Shown piece after piece: positions 18,926 to 29,000 of a stretch of 64,000 nt of DNA. A program made the translations under genes and the position numbers. The first letter of the stretch is position 1. Each line of letters opens with the position of its first letter. The DNA is from Acidimicrobiia bacterium (GTDB lineage Bacteria > Actinomycetota > Acidimicrobiia > Spongiisociales > ZC4RG35): the NCBI GenBank assembly GCA_009837815.1, contig VXSV01000140.1, positions 5,528 through 69,527 on the forward strand. The letters run 5' to 3'. The notes under the pieces are model-generated. The model was given only the letters and a program-made list of their open reading frames with translations. It searched no databases and had not been told where the DNA came from.

Positions 18926-19912
18926 CTACCCGCCGACGCTCAGGGTGAACACGTAGCTGTTGTCATCCAGGTTCTGCTCCCCTTGGGCGATACCCAGGCG
19001 GACTTCCACTTGGTAGGTCGTGTCGCGGGTAACCCCTAACTCGAAGAACGTGACCGTGGTCTTCTCTCCCGGCCCCAGGGGGGGAACCGTCAAATCCCGG
19101 GACAGCACCACTTCTCCCGGCGGCCAGATGGTCAACTGGATGGACGTCTCTTCGACCACCTCCACATTGCCCCGGTTGGCCACCACCACCAGGAGGTCGA
19201 AGCTGTCGGTTGGGATAATCACCGGACGACCTTCTAGGTCGGGCACCCATTCGGGATGAGACGTAACCTGCTCTATTCCCAGGTCTGCGGTGGATTCGAG
19301 CGTGGGCCGGGACAGTCGGGCGAACGTGGCCAGGAACTGGCCGGTGTCCACCACCGGGTACGCCAAAGGCAGGAAGACCACCGTTCGGAATTCTGAGAAG
19401 GACTGGATTTCGGGTTCTGCGCCGATCCTCTCCAAGAACGCCTGGTATATGCGGTCCCCGCTTCGGATGCTGACCAGGGCTGTGGTGATCTGTTCCTCCA
19501 CCACGTAGTTGAACGGGTCGTCCACTGCGGACAAGAAGGCGTTCTCGAAGCGCTCCAGCCCTTCTTCCCACAGGTCGAGGGAGGTCCTGAGCAGGATGGC
19601 CAGGCTGCTGTCTTGCTCGTTTGATTGCTCCAGGGCGACGGTGACCGCTCCGATGGATTCTCTCGACTGGGTGATGATCGAGGCCAACTCCGATCGGTCC
19701 GCTGTGTCGATTTGCTCGATAAGCCTGACGAAGGACCGGGCGGCCCGGTCCAGGGTTATGGTGTGGCTGCGGAGTTCCTCGCCGAGGGTGATCTCGGTGC
19801 GGGAAGTGTTGATGACGGCGTTCAATGTCCATCCAAGGGCTGCCACCACCAAGAGCGCCAGCAGCCACCATCTGCCGCGGGATGGGCGGGGTCGTGAGGG
19901 ATAAGCCACCAT
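18926..19912 (-). CDS. Single-pass membrane protein with a C-terminal CARDB-like domain (hypothetical).
   Basis: It has an N-terminal TM helix (WWLLALLVVAALGW). The C-terminal ~100 aa match the CARDB pattern (ANRGNVEVVEE...GEKTTVTF...DDNSYVF). Confidence 0.5.
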   Translation of the reverse strand: MVAYPSRPRPSRGRWWLLALLVVAALGWTLNAVINTSRTEITLGEELRSHTITLDRAARSFVRLIEQIDTADRSELASIITQSRESIGAVTVALEQSNEQDSSLAILLRTSLDLWEEGLERFENAFLSAVDDPFNYVVEEQITTALVSIRSGDRIYQAFLERIGAEPEIQSFSEFRTVVFLPLAYPVVDTGQFLATFARLSRPTLESTADLGIEQVTSHPEWVPDLEGRPVIIPTDSFDLLVVVANRGNVEVVEETSIQLTIWPPGEVVLSRDLTVPPLGPGEKTTVTFFELGVTRDTTYQVEVRLGIAQGEQNLDDNSYVFTLSVGG

Positions 19913-20148
19913 GTTCTCAGTTCGTAGGTTAAGACTTTGTCGCGAAATTGCCACTCTCGGTTGTTTCCGCCCGGCGGGTGCCTGTCGGTGAGCAGCATCC
20001 CGTACGCCCACAGCCGGGGCATCGATGCGCGTCCCATGCGGCCGTCAACCGGAACAGCCCATCCGGCCGGCGCCCGGTGAAGACCACCGCCACCGCGCCA
20101 ATGAGACATGCGATTGCTGACACCCTCTTCAGCTAGCCGGGAGCTCGG

Positions 20149-20165
20149 TATACAATATCTGTATA
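20149..20165. promoter_or_regulatory. Perfect inverted repeat TATACA-atatc-TGTATA in an AT-rich gap ~65 bp upstream of the HTH (mobile mystery protein A) gene. Candidate operator.
   Basis: It is a 6-5-6 palindrome in a locally AT-rich intergenic region of a 65%-GC genome. Confidence 0.35.
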
Positions 20166-20229
20166 GTTTTTTCTGACAAAAATACAACGGCACCATTGTA
20201 AACTCATACCCCGGAAAGGATGGAATCTC

Positions 20230-20691
20230 GTGAAGCACCCCAGGGCACTTGCTCGCTACCGCATGGACGAGCGGTACCGCCGGTTGGATCCCCTATCTCA
20301 GATGCTGCGCCCTCATCGAGGCTGGATTCGTGCCGTGCGGGACGCGTTGGGTATGTCCGGTGCGGAACTGGGGCATAGGCTGGGGATCAGTCAGCAACGC
20401 GTGGCCGCACTGGAGCAGGCCGAAATACAGCTCTCCATCCAACTCGACACCTTGGCGCGGGCCGCCGACGCCCTCAATTGCCATCTTGTATACGCCTTGG
20501 TACCCAGAACGAGTCTCACCGAGGCGGTGAAGGCGCAAGCGAGGAGCAAGGCGACACAGATTCTGCTCCGAGCGGCGCACCACAGTCGTCTCGAAAACCA
20601 AGCCGGCAGCGACAGCCTCGACGCCCGCATCGAGGACTTGGCCGAAACATTCGTGGATCGAAGGGGGCTGTGGAACGACTCCGATGAATGA
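20230..20691 (+). CDS. Mobile mystery protein A (XRE-type HTH partner of the Fic protein).
   Basis: The 153-aa protein has a central HTH (LGISQQRVAALEQ). It is architecturally the TIGR02612-type partner, translationally coupled (8-bp overlap) to a Fic gene. Confidence 0.55.
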   Translation: MKHPRALARYRMDERYRRLDPLSQMLRPHRGWIRAVRDALGMSGAELGHRLGISQQRVAALEQAEIQLSIQLDTLARAADALNCHLVYALVPRTSLTEAVKAQARSKATQILLRAAHHSRLENQAGSDSLDARIEDLAETFVDRRGLWNDSDE

Positions 20692-21271
20692 CCCGTGGAT
20701 ACCCGACGGCGAAGGCCACACACCGCTGTCCGAAGAGGATCGGATGGGACTTGTCCCGTCGTACATCGCCACCCGCGATGACCTGTTCGACGCCGAGGAG
20801 CGCAACATCGCCCACGCCCTGTTGCGGAATCCCCCAACAGTGGCAGTGCTACTGGACGTCCTGTACCTGCGGGACCTTCACAGGGCCATGTTCGGCCAAG
20901 TATGGGGGTGGGCAGGTCAATACCGCTTGAGACAGACCAACCTAGGCATAGAACCAGAGAAGATCGCCGCGGCCGTGCGGACGCTGGTTGGAGATGTCGC
21001 CGTCTGGGTGGAACACCAAACCTACGAGCCTGATGAAATCTGCGTGCGATTCCATCACCGCCTTGTCTCCATACACCCCTTTCCCAATGGAAACGGTCGG
21101 CACAGCCGAATCTGCGCCGATTACCTCCGAATTGCTCTGGTAGAGGAACCGTTTAGTTGGGGCATGCACCTGGACATGGCCACCAACGAGTTGAGACTCC
21201 GCTACCACACAGCTTTAAGGGCCGCCGACGCAGGGGACATACACGACCTGCTGATCTTCGCGCGAAGCTGA
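20684..21271 (+). CDS. Fic/Doc-family protein (mobile mystery protein B).
   Basis: The Fic motif HPFPNGNGRHSR is present in a 195-aa protein. It directly follows the HTH gene and abuts tRNA-Leu. Confidence 0.75.
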   Translation: MNDPWIPDGEGHTPLSEEDRMGLVPSYIATRDDLFDAEERNIAHALLRNPPTVAVLLDVLYLRDLHRAMFGQVWGWAGQYRLRQTNLGIEPEKIAAAVRTLVGDVAVWVEHQTYEPDEICVRFHHRLVSIHPFPNGNGRHSRICADYLRIALVEEPFSWGMHLDMATNELRLRYHTALRAADAGDIHDLLIFARS

Positions 21272-21286
21272 ATCGCTAACGGGCCT

Positions 21287-21375
21287 TGGTGGGCGAGGGG
21301 GGACTTGAACCCCCACGGGTTTTAAAGCCCACAGGATCCTGAATCCTGCGCGTCTGCCAATTTCGCCACTCGCCC
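21287..21375 (-). tRNA. tRNA-Leu (anticodon CAG), CCA encoded.
   Basis: The reverse complement GGGCGAGTGGCGAAATTGGCAGACGCGCAGGATTCAGGATCCTGTGGG...GGGGGTTCAAGTCCCCCCTCGCCCACCA is a class II tRNA. Confidence 0.85.
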
Positions 21376-21503
21376 TCCGCCGAGGTGTGTATTCTACTCC
21401 GCCCGCAGAAGAGGAAGAAAGGGGTTCGATTCCTTTCGGTGCACCGTGCCGTGTGACATACACTTAGCCGCATGTTTGGACACCCTCCGGGGAGGGACGT
21501 TCG

Positions 21504-21917
21504 GTGACTGATTTCGTGTTCACTGCGTTGCGGCTGATCTTTTTGGCCCTGATCTATCTGTTCGTGTGGTATGTTGCCAAAGGGATCGCCAACTATCTGG
21601 GCCTAGGGACCTCTCTCAACACCACCCGGCCCGGTTCCCGTCTGGTGTTCATCCGTTCCGAGTCCCAGTCAGGTATGCACTTCATGGTGGCTGATTCCGT
21701 GGTGTTGGGGAGGAGTCCCGACGCCGACGTCCCAATCGACGACCCGTACGCGTCGGAGTTTCATCTTCGCATCAGCCGACGCCAGGGGAAGCTGTCGGCC
21801 AGCGATCTGGGCAGCGACAACGGCACATATCTCAACGGTCACAGGCTTCGAACTCCGGTTGACCTGGCTCGGGGAGACGCCCTGCAGGTGGGTCGGACGG
21901 TCCTGGAGGTTCGATGA
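21504..21917 (+). CDS. fhaB: FHA-domain protein (FhaB/FipA-like), membrane anchored.
   Basis: It has an N-terminal TM helix and a C-terminal FHA domain (GRS..ADV...D...S..H..I). It is the first gene of the pstP-rodA-pbpA-pknB cluster. Confidence 0.75.
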   Translation: MTDFVFTALRLIFLALIYLFVWYVAKGIANYLGLGTSLNTTRPGSRLVFIRSESQSGMHFMVADSVVLGRSPDADVPIDDPYASEFHLRISRRQGKLSASDLGSDNGTYLNGHRLRTPVDLARGDALQVGRTVLEVR

Positions 21918-22615
21918 TCTGCACATGGGGTGCCGCCACCCATCTGGGGTACGGCCCTGAGATCAACCAGGATCGCATGTATCCCGAGGGGTCGGGCAGA
22001 TCTGCGGAGCCGGTGGTGATGATGGTAGCCGACGGGTTGGGGGGAGAGAAGTTCGGGCACGTCTCCGCGGAGTTGGCGGTCACCACGGCCCGAGCGGCGG
22101 CCGGTTCTCCCGCGGAGCGGGTGAGAGCAGCCAATCAGGCCATTCTGCAGTTGGTGCAACGGGAGCCCAAATGGAAAGGAACCTACACCACCCTTACGTT
22201 GGTGGAGTTCTCAGAGGGGATGGCCCGTGTCGCACATGTGGGAGACACCAGGGCCTATCTGTACAGGCAGGGAAGGATTACGGAATTGACCAACGACCAT
22301 ACCGTTGCGTGGCAGTGGATGCAGCGGGGGATGGACCCGGTGGAGGCGCACAGCCTGCCCAACTCGGCAAGCCTGGTCAGGGTGCTCGGTTTCGATTCGG
22401 AACTGGAGGTGGAGGAGACGAAGATGTCTCTCAGGGACGGCGACCGGTGGCTGATCTGTTCCGACGGGTTGTACAGGATGCTTTCGGACCGGGACATGAG
22501 GGATGTCCTGGAGAGTGGAGACACCGAGGAATGCGTCTGGGGCCTGCTGGAGAAGGGATTGAGCAGAGGGGCCTCAGACAACGCCACGGTAGTGCTTGCT
22601 GACATCTCGTTATGA
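21914..22615 (+). CDS. pstP: PP2C-family Ser/Thr phosphatase.
   Basis: PP2C motifs are present (VADGLGG, CSDGL). Its conserved position is upstream of rodA and pbpA. Confidence 0.8.
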   Translation: MICTWGAATHLGYGPEINQDRMYPEGSGRSAEPVVMMVADGLGGEKFGHVSAELAVTTARAAAGSPAERVRAANQAILQLVQREPKWKGTYTTLTLVEFSEGMARVAHVGDTRAYLYRQGRITELTNDHTVAWQWMQRGMDPVEAHSLPNSASLVRVLGFDSELEVEETKMSLRDGDRWLICSDGLYRMLSDRDMRDVLESGDTEECVWGLLEKGLSRGASDNATVVLADISL

Positions 22616-23883
22616 GACTGGTGACCGAAGCGGCCTGGGTGGCCGGTTCGGCAGCGGTTGCCGGCCTGGGCGTGGCACTGGTCGACGTGGGAAAGGCCGG
22701 GCAGGTCACCTGGGCGGCCGCAGTGGTTTTCCTGGCTTTCGGGTGTTGCCTGGCGGGGCTGGTGGCGGCGGTGCGGCGCTGGGCGCCCGGCGCCGGTTCC
22801 TTTTTGCTGTGGCCGACCGCTCTGCTGGTGGCTCTCGGGTTGGTGTTGATCTATCGCGTGGAACCCGTGGAGGCGTCCATCCAGGTGTGGTGGATTGTGG
22901 CGGCCATCGTGGCGGCCATCGGCATTCTGCCGGCGTTCCGCGGGGGAGTGAAGAGACTCCTGCCCTTGGGCTATTGGCTGGCCGGCAGTGGCCTGGGCCT
23001 GATCGTGTTGCCCTTCTTGCCCCGTCTGATGGGAGGTGGGTCGGAGAGCTCCCATGGGCTGTGGTTGACCATCAGGTGGGGGAACGCCTCCTTCATGGCG
23101 CAGCCGTTCGGCCTGGGAGCGGTGCTGCTGGCTGTGGGTCTGGCCGGCATCCATTCCCGATGGGCTCTGGAGCCGTTGTCGGACAGGGCGGACAGCCGGT
23201 TGGCCTCCAACAGGCATCCTCTGGTGATGGGAGCGGTCTGGGTGACTGTCCTGCCGTTCCTCTGGGCCACAGGCGATCTCACCGCGTGGGCGGTTTTGCT
23301 GGCCCTCTCCGCCACCACCGCCTACGCAGCCACCGGCGACGGTCGGGTGGTGTGGACGGGACTGGCCCTTCTGGGGGTCGGGGTTGTCGCAGGGCTGGCT
23401 TCTTCCCGGGTCTCAGAGACCCTGCAGGTCTGGCTGGATCCGTTCTCGGCCGGTGAGGCGGGCGCCGGGCTGAAAGAGAGCCTGCTGGCATTGGGCAGCG
23501 GCCACCTGTCGGGTTCGGGGTTGGGGATGGGTGAACCGGAGTTGGTGCCACGCGCCACCAGCGATTGGATCCTGGCGGTCCTGGGGGAGGAACTCGGATT
23601 GGCGGGAACGGCAGCGGTGATAGGGCTCTACGGGCTGGTGACCGCGGCAGGGATCGGGATCTCGATCGGATCCCGTGATCTGTTCAGCAAGGTGGCTGCC
23701 GCCGGGCTCTCCTTTCTCCTCTGTCTGATGTTCATCGGGACTGCCGGTGGACTCCAGCGTCTGTTGCCCCCCACTGACATGGGGTTGCCATTCCTGGCCT
23801 ACGGGGGCATCCCCATGATGGCGGGATGGTTGGCGCTGGCGCTGCTGCTGAGGATCAGCCATGAGGAACAGGGGCCACTGTGA
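22612..23883 (+). CDS. rodA: FtsW/RodA/SpoVE-family peptidoglycan glycosyltransferase.
   Basis: It is a polytopic SEDS-family protein of 423 aa. Confidence 0.8.
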   Translation: MRLVTEAAWVAGSAAVAGLGVALVDVGKAGQVTWAAAVVFLAFGCCLAGLVAAVRRWAPGAGSFLLWPTALLVALGLVLIYRVEPVEASIQVWWIVAAIVAAIGILPAFRGGVKRLLPLGYWLAGSGLGLIVLPFLPRLMGGGSESSHGLWLTIRWGNASFMAQPFGLGAVLLAVGLAGIHSRWALEPLSDRADSRLASNRHPLVMGAVWVTVLPFLWATGDLTAWAVLLALSATTAYAATGDGRVVWTGLALLGVGVVAGLASSRVSETLQVWLDPFSAGEAGAGLKESLLALGSGHLSGSGLGMGEPELVPRATSDWILAVLGEELGLAGTAAVIGLYGLVTAAGIGISIGSRDLFSKVAAAGLSFLLCLMFIGTAGGLQRLLPPTDMGLPFLAYGGIPMMAGWLALALLLRISHEEQGPL

Positions 23884-25250
23884 ATCGGCCCATCCGGCGG
23901 ATTGCCCTGTTCCTGATGGTTGGGATGTTGGTTTTGGTTTTGGGGGCTACATGGCATCAATTCGTGGCCGCCGACCGATACCGAGACCATCCCGACAACC
24001 GGCGGGCGGCTCTCCTGCAGGCGGGGAAGGAACGGGGGATGATCAGCACCGTCGGGGGGAGGGTCTTGGCCTATTCCGAGCAGGATCCCGAGAGTTTCCG
24101 GTCCTACAACAGGACATACCCCGCGGGGGACGCCTTCGCCTCCGTGGTGGGAACTGAGGCCTCCCAGGGTGGCTTGGAGGAGGCTTACGCCGACGAGTTG
24201 CGCTCCCGTCGTGACCTGAGCGTTTCCGACCTGATGGCGGCCATGTTTGGTGAGGACCTCCGTCCGCGGGGACTTCAGATAACCCTGGACGCCGACCTGC
24301 AGCAGAGGGCCTATGAGATCCTGACCCGCCGCAGGGGAGCGGTGGCCGCCATCCGCCCCGACACCGGGGAGGTACTGGCGCTGGTCTCCTCACCGGGTAT
24401 TCCCGTGACCGAACGGGCGGCCGACGCCTTGTATCCCCTTGGATCGGCGTTCAAGATCGTCACCGCCGCCGCCACCCTGGACACCGAGACTGCCGACATC
24501 GGGAGCTTGTTCGAGGACCGAGCGGTGTGGCAGGTGCCGGGGGCTTCTCTGATTGTCGCCAATCCCGGGGACGTTCCATGCGGCGACTCTTCGCAGGTCA
24601 GCCTGCTCACCTCCTTCGTGCTCTCCTGCAACCTGGCCTTCGCCGAACTGGCCCTGGAAATGGGCTCGGACATCATGGACTCCTACGCCGCCGGCTTCGG
24701 GTTCGGGACGGAGTTGCTGTTCCCCCTGCAAACGCCGGCGCCTTCTTTCGGAGGAGAGCGATCCTCCGATCCCGGTCTGCTGGCTTCGGCCGGAACCGGT
24801 CGGCTGGCCCTGTCCTCGCCGCTCCACATGGCTTCGGTTGCGGCGGTGGTGGCCAACGGGGGATTGAGGGCGGCGCCCTTCCTGGTATCCAGTTGGACGG
24901 ATGCGGACGGGGAAGTGATCGAGAGGCCCGAAAACCCGCCGGCCAGCCGGGTGATCACCGCGGAGACGGCGGCGTCGGTTGCTCGCATGATGGAGCGTGT
25001 GATTACGGAAGGCACCGGTCAGGAAGCCACGGTGGCGGGTCATCGAGTGGCTGGAAAGACCGGCACAGGACAGGATGCGGATGGGCGCAATCACGCTTGG
25101 TTTGTGGGATTCGCTCCGGTGGACTCGCCCACCATCGCCATAGCTGTGATGATCGAGCCGGGCGGAGAGTTCGGAGAGTCGGTAACCGGAGGGACAGCGG
25201 CGGCGCCTGTCGCCTCGGAGTTGCTTTCCTACTGGCTGCAGCGGAACTAG
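23880..25250 (+). CDS. pbpA: Penicillin-binding protein 2 (class B transpeptidase).
   Basis: The SxxK (GSAFK), SxN (SCN) and KTG (GKTGT) motifs are present, with an N-terminal TM helix. Confidence 0.85.
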   Translation: MNRPIRRIALFLMVGMLVLVLGATWHQFVAADRYRDHPDNRRAALLQAGKERGMISTVGGRVLAYSEQDPESFRSYNRTYPAGDAFASVVGTEASQGGLEEAYADELRSRRDLSVSDLMAAMFGEDLRPRGLQITLDADLQQRAYEILTRRRGAVAAIRPDTGEVLALVSSPGIPVTERAADALYPLGSAFKIVTAAATLDTETADIGSLFEDRAVWQVPGASLIVANPGDVPCGDSSQVSLLTSFVLSCNLAFAELALEMGSDIMDSYAAGFGFGTELLFPLQTPAPSFGGERSSDPGLLASAGTGRLALSSPLHMASVAAVVANGGLRAAPFLVSSWTDADGEVIERPENPPASRVITAETAASVARMMERVITEGTGQEATVAGHRVAGKTGTGQDADGRNHAWFVGFAPVDSPTIAIAVMIEPGGEFGESVTGGTAAAPVASELLSYWLQRN

Positions 25251-25317
25251 TCCCGTGGCCGGAAGGAGGCTGGAAACGACGAGATGGGACAGGGCGGTTT
25301 CTATTATCGCCTAGGAG

Positions 25318-27300
25318 ATGGAACTCCCCTACACACTGGCTGATCGGTACCGTTTGGTGAGCCACCTGGCCAAGGGAGGCATGTCAGACGTGTATCTGGC
25401 GGTGGACGTTGCCCTCGGCAGGCGGGTGGCGGTCAAACTCCTTCCCAAGTCGCACTCAGAGGACGAGTCCTTCGTGCGGCGATTTCGCCGCGAGGCACAA
25501 TCTGCCGCCAACTTGAACCATCCCAACATCGTGGGCATTTACGACTGGGGAGAGGCGGAAGGCTCCTACTTCATGGCGATGGAGTTAGTGGAAGGAGATT
25601 GCCTGCGGGACATCATCACCGAGGGAAGGCCTCTTCATCCCCGGAGGGCGGTGGAGGTGACGCGCCAGGTAGTACTGGCTCTGGCCACAGCTCACCGCTT
25701 GGGCGTAATCCATCGGGATGTGAAGCCGGGCAACATCATGCTCACCAACGACGGGACGGTGAAGGTGGCCGACTTCGGAATCGCCCGGGCGTGGAATCAC
25801 TCAACAGACCTTACGCGAACCGGTTCCATAATCGGCACGGCCACATATTTCAGCCCGGAGCAGGCCCAAGGTCGCTCTGCCGATCGACGATCCGACATCT
25901 ATTCGCTGGGGGTGGTCCTGTACGAGATGTTGGTGGGCCGTCCTCCCTTTCAGGGCGAGACCCCCATGGCCGTGGCCTACCAGCATGTCTCCACCGAAGT
26001 CCCTCCCCCTTCCTCCCACAATCCCGAGGTTCCGCCGGAGCTGGACGCCATCGTGCTTCGCGCCCTCGCCAAGGACCCCGACCGCCGCTACCAGGAGACT
26101 GACCCGTTTCTTAACGACCTGGAGGCGTGGTTGAGAGGGGAGAGGATAGCCGTCGACGCACCTGCCGGGCCGGCGCCGGTCATCGTTCCGGAACAAGTGG
26201 TTGTGCGCCGGCCCGTTGCGGTGTCGAGAGGTTCGGGGGGATCGGTTCGCAGCGCGGGAAGGGTCCTTCCACAGCCCTATTACCCACCCATGGAGGAACG
26301 ACGACCCGTGCCTCTGCCGTTCGTTGTGGGTGTCTTTGTGTTGGTGGCGGCCCTCGCCGGCCTGAGCTGGGTGGTCTGGTCGCTGTTGCAGGCTCCGGAG
26401 CCGGAGCCCGGGGTGGTGATGGTTGCCATCCCCGATGTGGTGGGAAGATGGGAGACAGACGCCTTCTCCTCGATCCAAGAGTCAGGACTACTGGTTCGGG
26501 TGGTACGCCGGAACAGCCAGGACATGCCGGAGGGCAGGGTGATCGCAACCGATCCGGCGGCGGGCGAGAGGGTTGAGTCTCGCACCGAAGTGGAAGTGGT
26601 GGTCTCCAGCGGTCTGGAGAGGTTCGCAATCCCCCTGGTTATCGGACAAACCCAGGGCACGGCCGAGAGCCTCATCCTGGCCCAGGGTTTCGCGGTGGGC
26701 CAGATCGAATTCGTCGAGGACAGCGGTTGGCAGGTGGGGACGGTATTCGATCAGGATCCCCTGCCCGGCCCCCTGCTGCCGGCAGGAACTCCGATCGACC
26801 TGATGGTTGCGACCGGTCCCGGGTTGTTGGTGGTGCCGGATGTGGCGGGTCTGCCCGGCAGCGAGGCGCTGTCGGTGTTGGCGCAGTCTGGTTTGAGGTG
26901 GGTGGAGACGGGCGAGGTTTCCGATGATGTGCCGGCGGGTCAGGTTATACGGACTGAGCCGGGGGCCGGTGGGGGTGTTGCCGCCACCGAGCAGGTGGTG
27001 GTGGTGATCTCCGAGGGCCCGGACTTGTTGGTGGTGCCCGATGTGGTGGGACTACCCAGTGTGGAGGCCTACGCAAATCTAACTGTTTTGGGTTTGGCCT
27101 GGGTGGAGGTGGTTGAGCCTTCCGACACAGTCGTGGTGGGCGGCGTCATCCGGACCGAGCCGGCCGCCGGTGAGCAGGTTGCTGCCGGCGGCGAGGTGGT
27201 GGTGGTGATCTCGGGGGGATCGGAGGGGGTAACAACGACCGACACCACCGTGCCGGACACCGCACCATCCGACGAGGACACCGAGACCCCGACCGGTTGA
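25318..27300 (+). CDS. pknB: Ser/Thr protein kinase PknB with four extracellular PASTA domains.
   Basis: The Hanks kinase domain has HRDVKPGN and DFG motifs. A TM helix is followed by four PASTA repeats (VPDVVG...). Confidence 0.85.
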   Translation: MELPYTLADRYRLVSHLAKGGMSDVYLAVDVALGRRVAVKLLPKSHSEDESFVRRFRREAQSAANLNHPNIVGIYDWGEAEGSYFMAMELVEGDCLRDIITEGRPLHPRRAVEVTRQVVLALATAHRLGVIHRDVKPGNIMLTNDGTVKVADFGIARAWNHSTDLTRTGSIIGTATYFSPEQAQGRSADRRSDIYSLGVVLYEMLVGRPPFQGETPMAVAYQHVSTEVPPPSSHNPEVPPELDAIVLRALAKDPDRRYQETDPFLNDLEAWLRGERIAVDAPAGPAPVIVPEQVVVRRPVAVSRGSGGSVRSAGRVLPQPYYPPMEERRPVPLPFVVGVFVLVAALAGLSWVVWSLLQAPEPEPGVVMVAIPDVVGRWETDAFSSIQESGLLVRVVRRNSQDMPEGRVIATDPAAGERVESRTEVEVVVSSGLERFAIPLVIGQTQGTAESLILAQGFAVGQIEFVEDSGWQVGTVFDQDPLPGPLLPAGTPIDLMVATGPGLLVVPDVAGLPGSEALSVLAQSGLRWVETGEVSDDVPAGQVIRTEPGAGGGVAATEQVVVVISEGPDLLVVPDVVGLPSVEAYANLTVLGLAWVEVVEPSDTVVVGGVIRTEPAAGEQVAAGGEVVVVISGGSEGVTTTDTTVPDTAPSDEDTETPTG

Positions 27301-27324
27301 CGTCAGGGTTCCGCCCAGAGCGCC

Positions 27325-28806
27325 TCAATAGGTCTGTTGATAAACGTCCGGTGGTGCAGGACCCGCATGATTGCGAAAGAGTGTGTACTCCTTGGCGAAG
27401 GTGGTGAGGATCTTTCCTGTAGGCCCTGCTCTGTGCTTGGCGATTATCACCTCTGCCTTGTTTTTCACGTCCTCCTTGTCCTTGTCTTTGGCGTAATACT
27501 CCGGGCGGTACAGAAACAGTACGATGTCGGCGTCCTGTTCGATGGCCCCCGATTCTCGAAGGTCGGACAGCATGGGACGTTTGTCCGTGCGCACTTCAAC
27601 CGCCCTGTTGAGCTGGGAGATTCCTATGACAGGTATATCCAACTCCCGGGCCAAGGCTTTCAGGGAGCGTGACACCCCGGCGATTTCCTGCTGACGGTAC
27701 TCCGGGTTCCTTGAGGAAGACACATCTGCGGAGGGCATCAGCTGCAGGTAGTCGACTATCACCAGGTCGAGCCCCTCTTCGCGGCGGAGTCTCCGGCACT
27801 TAGCGCGAATCTCGGTTACGGTGGGCTCCGGCGAGTCGTCCAGGTAAAGCTTCCAATCGTGGATCCTGCCCGCCGCCTCGATGAGCTTGTCCCACAGATG
27901 CTGTCTATTGGCCACTCCGGCGCGAATCTGGGACGAATTGACTTCCCCCACCATGGATAGGAGGCGAGTCAAAATCTCTTCTTTGGACATTTCCAGGGAG
28001 AACAGGGCGATCACCCCGCCTGTTTGGGCAACATTGATCGCCACGGTTTGAGCGAAAGCAGACTTGCCCATGGCAGGCCGTCCCGCCACCACCACCAGGG
28101 AACCCGGCTTGAGCCCCATGAGTTGACTGTCGAGGTCCTTTAGCCCGGTGGCAAGTCCTGTGAGTTGGTTGCCCTGCTTTTCGAAGTCTTCGAAGACGCT
28201 TCCGATCAGGTCTTTAGCCGGGAGGAGTCCTCCCTCCGCCTGCTCGTCGTTGACCTCCAGCATCATCCGCTCGGCTTGGTCGATCACCGTCTCCGTGGCC
28301 CTGTCGAGGTTCATGGCCAGGTCGGTCACCTGTTGACTCACCGAGATCAGCCGCCTTCTCTGGGAGTGCTCGGCCACGATTGCGGCATAACGATCGGCGT
28401 GCGCGATGTTAGGAACGCTCTGGCTCAGATCGGCCAGCCGTTCATGCCCGCCGATCCGCTCGAGGGAGTCGGTGCGCCGCAGTTCCTCGGCCAGGGTGAG
28501 AACGTCGATCGCCTGGCTCTCGTTGAAGAGCCGCCGGGCCGCCTCGAACACCAGTCCGTTGACCGGCTCGTAGAAGTCGTCCGTGTCCAGGATCTCCATC
28601 ACCTTGTTGGTGGCGTCACGGCTCAGGAGAATGGCCCCCAGGACGGATTCTTCCGCCTCACGAGAGTGAGGGGGTACCCGCCCTACCCGGCCGCGACGAC
28701 GTTCCGGCGGAGCCTGATCCAGGTAATCGTCATCCTGGTAGCGATTTTGAACCATGGGGGCGGAGCCTTGTGCTGAGGGGCCGGGTGCAGAAGCTGTGCT
28801 ATTCAA
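27325..28806 (-). CDS. dnaB: Replicative DNA helicase DnaB (no intein).
   Basis: The protein has a DnaB N-domain and a RecA-like domain (GRPAMGKSAFA). It is 493 aa. Confidence 0.9.
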   Translation of the reverse strand: MNSTASAPGPSAQGSAPMVQNRYQDDDYLDQAPPERRRGRVGRVPPHSREAEESVLGAILLSRDATNKVMEILDTDDFYEPVNGLVFEAARRLFNESQAIDVLTLAEELRRTDSLERIGGHERLADLSQSVPNIAHADRYAAIVAEHSQRRRLISVSQQVTDLAMNLDRATETVIDQAERMMLEVNDEQAEGGLLPAKDLIGSVFEDFEKQGNQLTGLATGLKDLDSQLMGLKPGSLVVVAGRPAMGKSAFAQTVAINVAQTGGVIALFSLEMSKEEILTRLLSMVGEVNSSQIRAGVANRQHLWDKLIEAAGRIHDWKLYLDDSPEPTVTEIRAKCRRLRREEGLDLVIVDYLQLMPSADVSSSRNPEYRQQEIAGVSRSLKALARELDIPVIGISQLNRAVEVRTDKRPMLSDLRESGAIEQDADIVLFLYRPEYYAKDKDKEDVKNKAEVIIAKHRAGPTGKILTTFAKEYTLFRNHAGPAPPDVYQQTY

Positions 28807-29000
28807 ATTAAGGGCAGTGCCTTCGCGACTTTGCGGAGGTTTTCGCGGTCTTGGAGAAGGGTTGCAGGTCTAGCAGGCACTTTGGATATTTCGCGAGTTA
28901 GCCGGGTTTTTTGTTGATCTGGCTGAGTTTTTTTCACACATTCAAACATACGGTGGGGTTGTGACAATCGCCGGCGCGACCGGTCTCTCGCGGGCTGGTC

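Noticed and set aside
21504-27300. Missing pknA/fhaA as evidence of deletion.
   Set aside because: Many actinobacterial lineages (for example Acidimicrobiia-type genomes) carry a single PASTA kinase and a single FHA gene in this cluster. Nothing in the sequence indicates a scar.
27325-28806. An intein in DnaB.
   Set aside because: The protein is 493 aa and is collinear with intein-free DnaB throughout.
28807-29000. T-rich tracts (GGGTTTTTTG, GAGTTTTTTTCAC) between dnaB and ilvC as intrinsic terminators.
   Set aside because: They are on the plus strand, whereas both flanking genes are on the minus strand, and no preceding GC-rich hairpin is evident. They are more likely part of the dnaB promoter and UP region.
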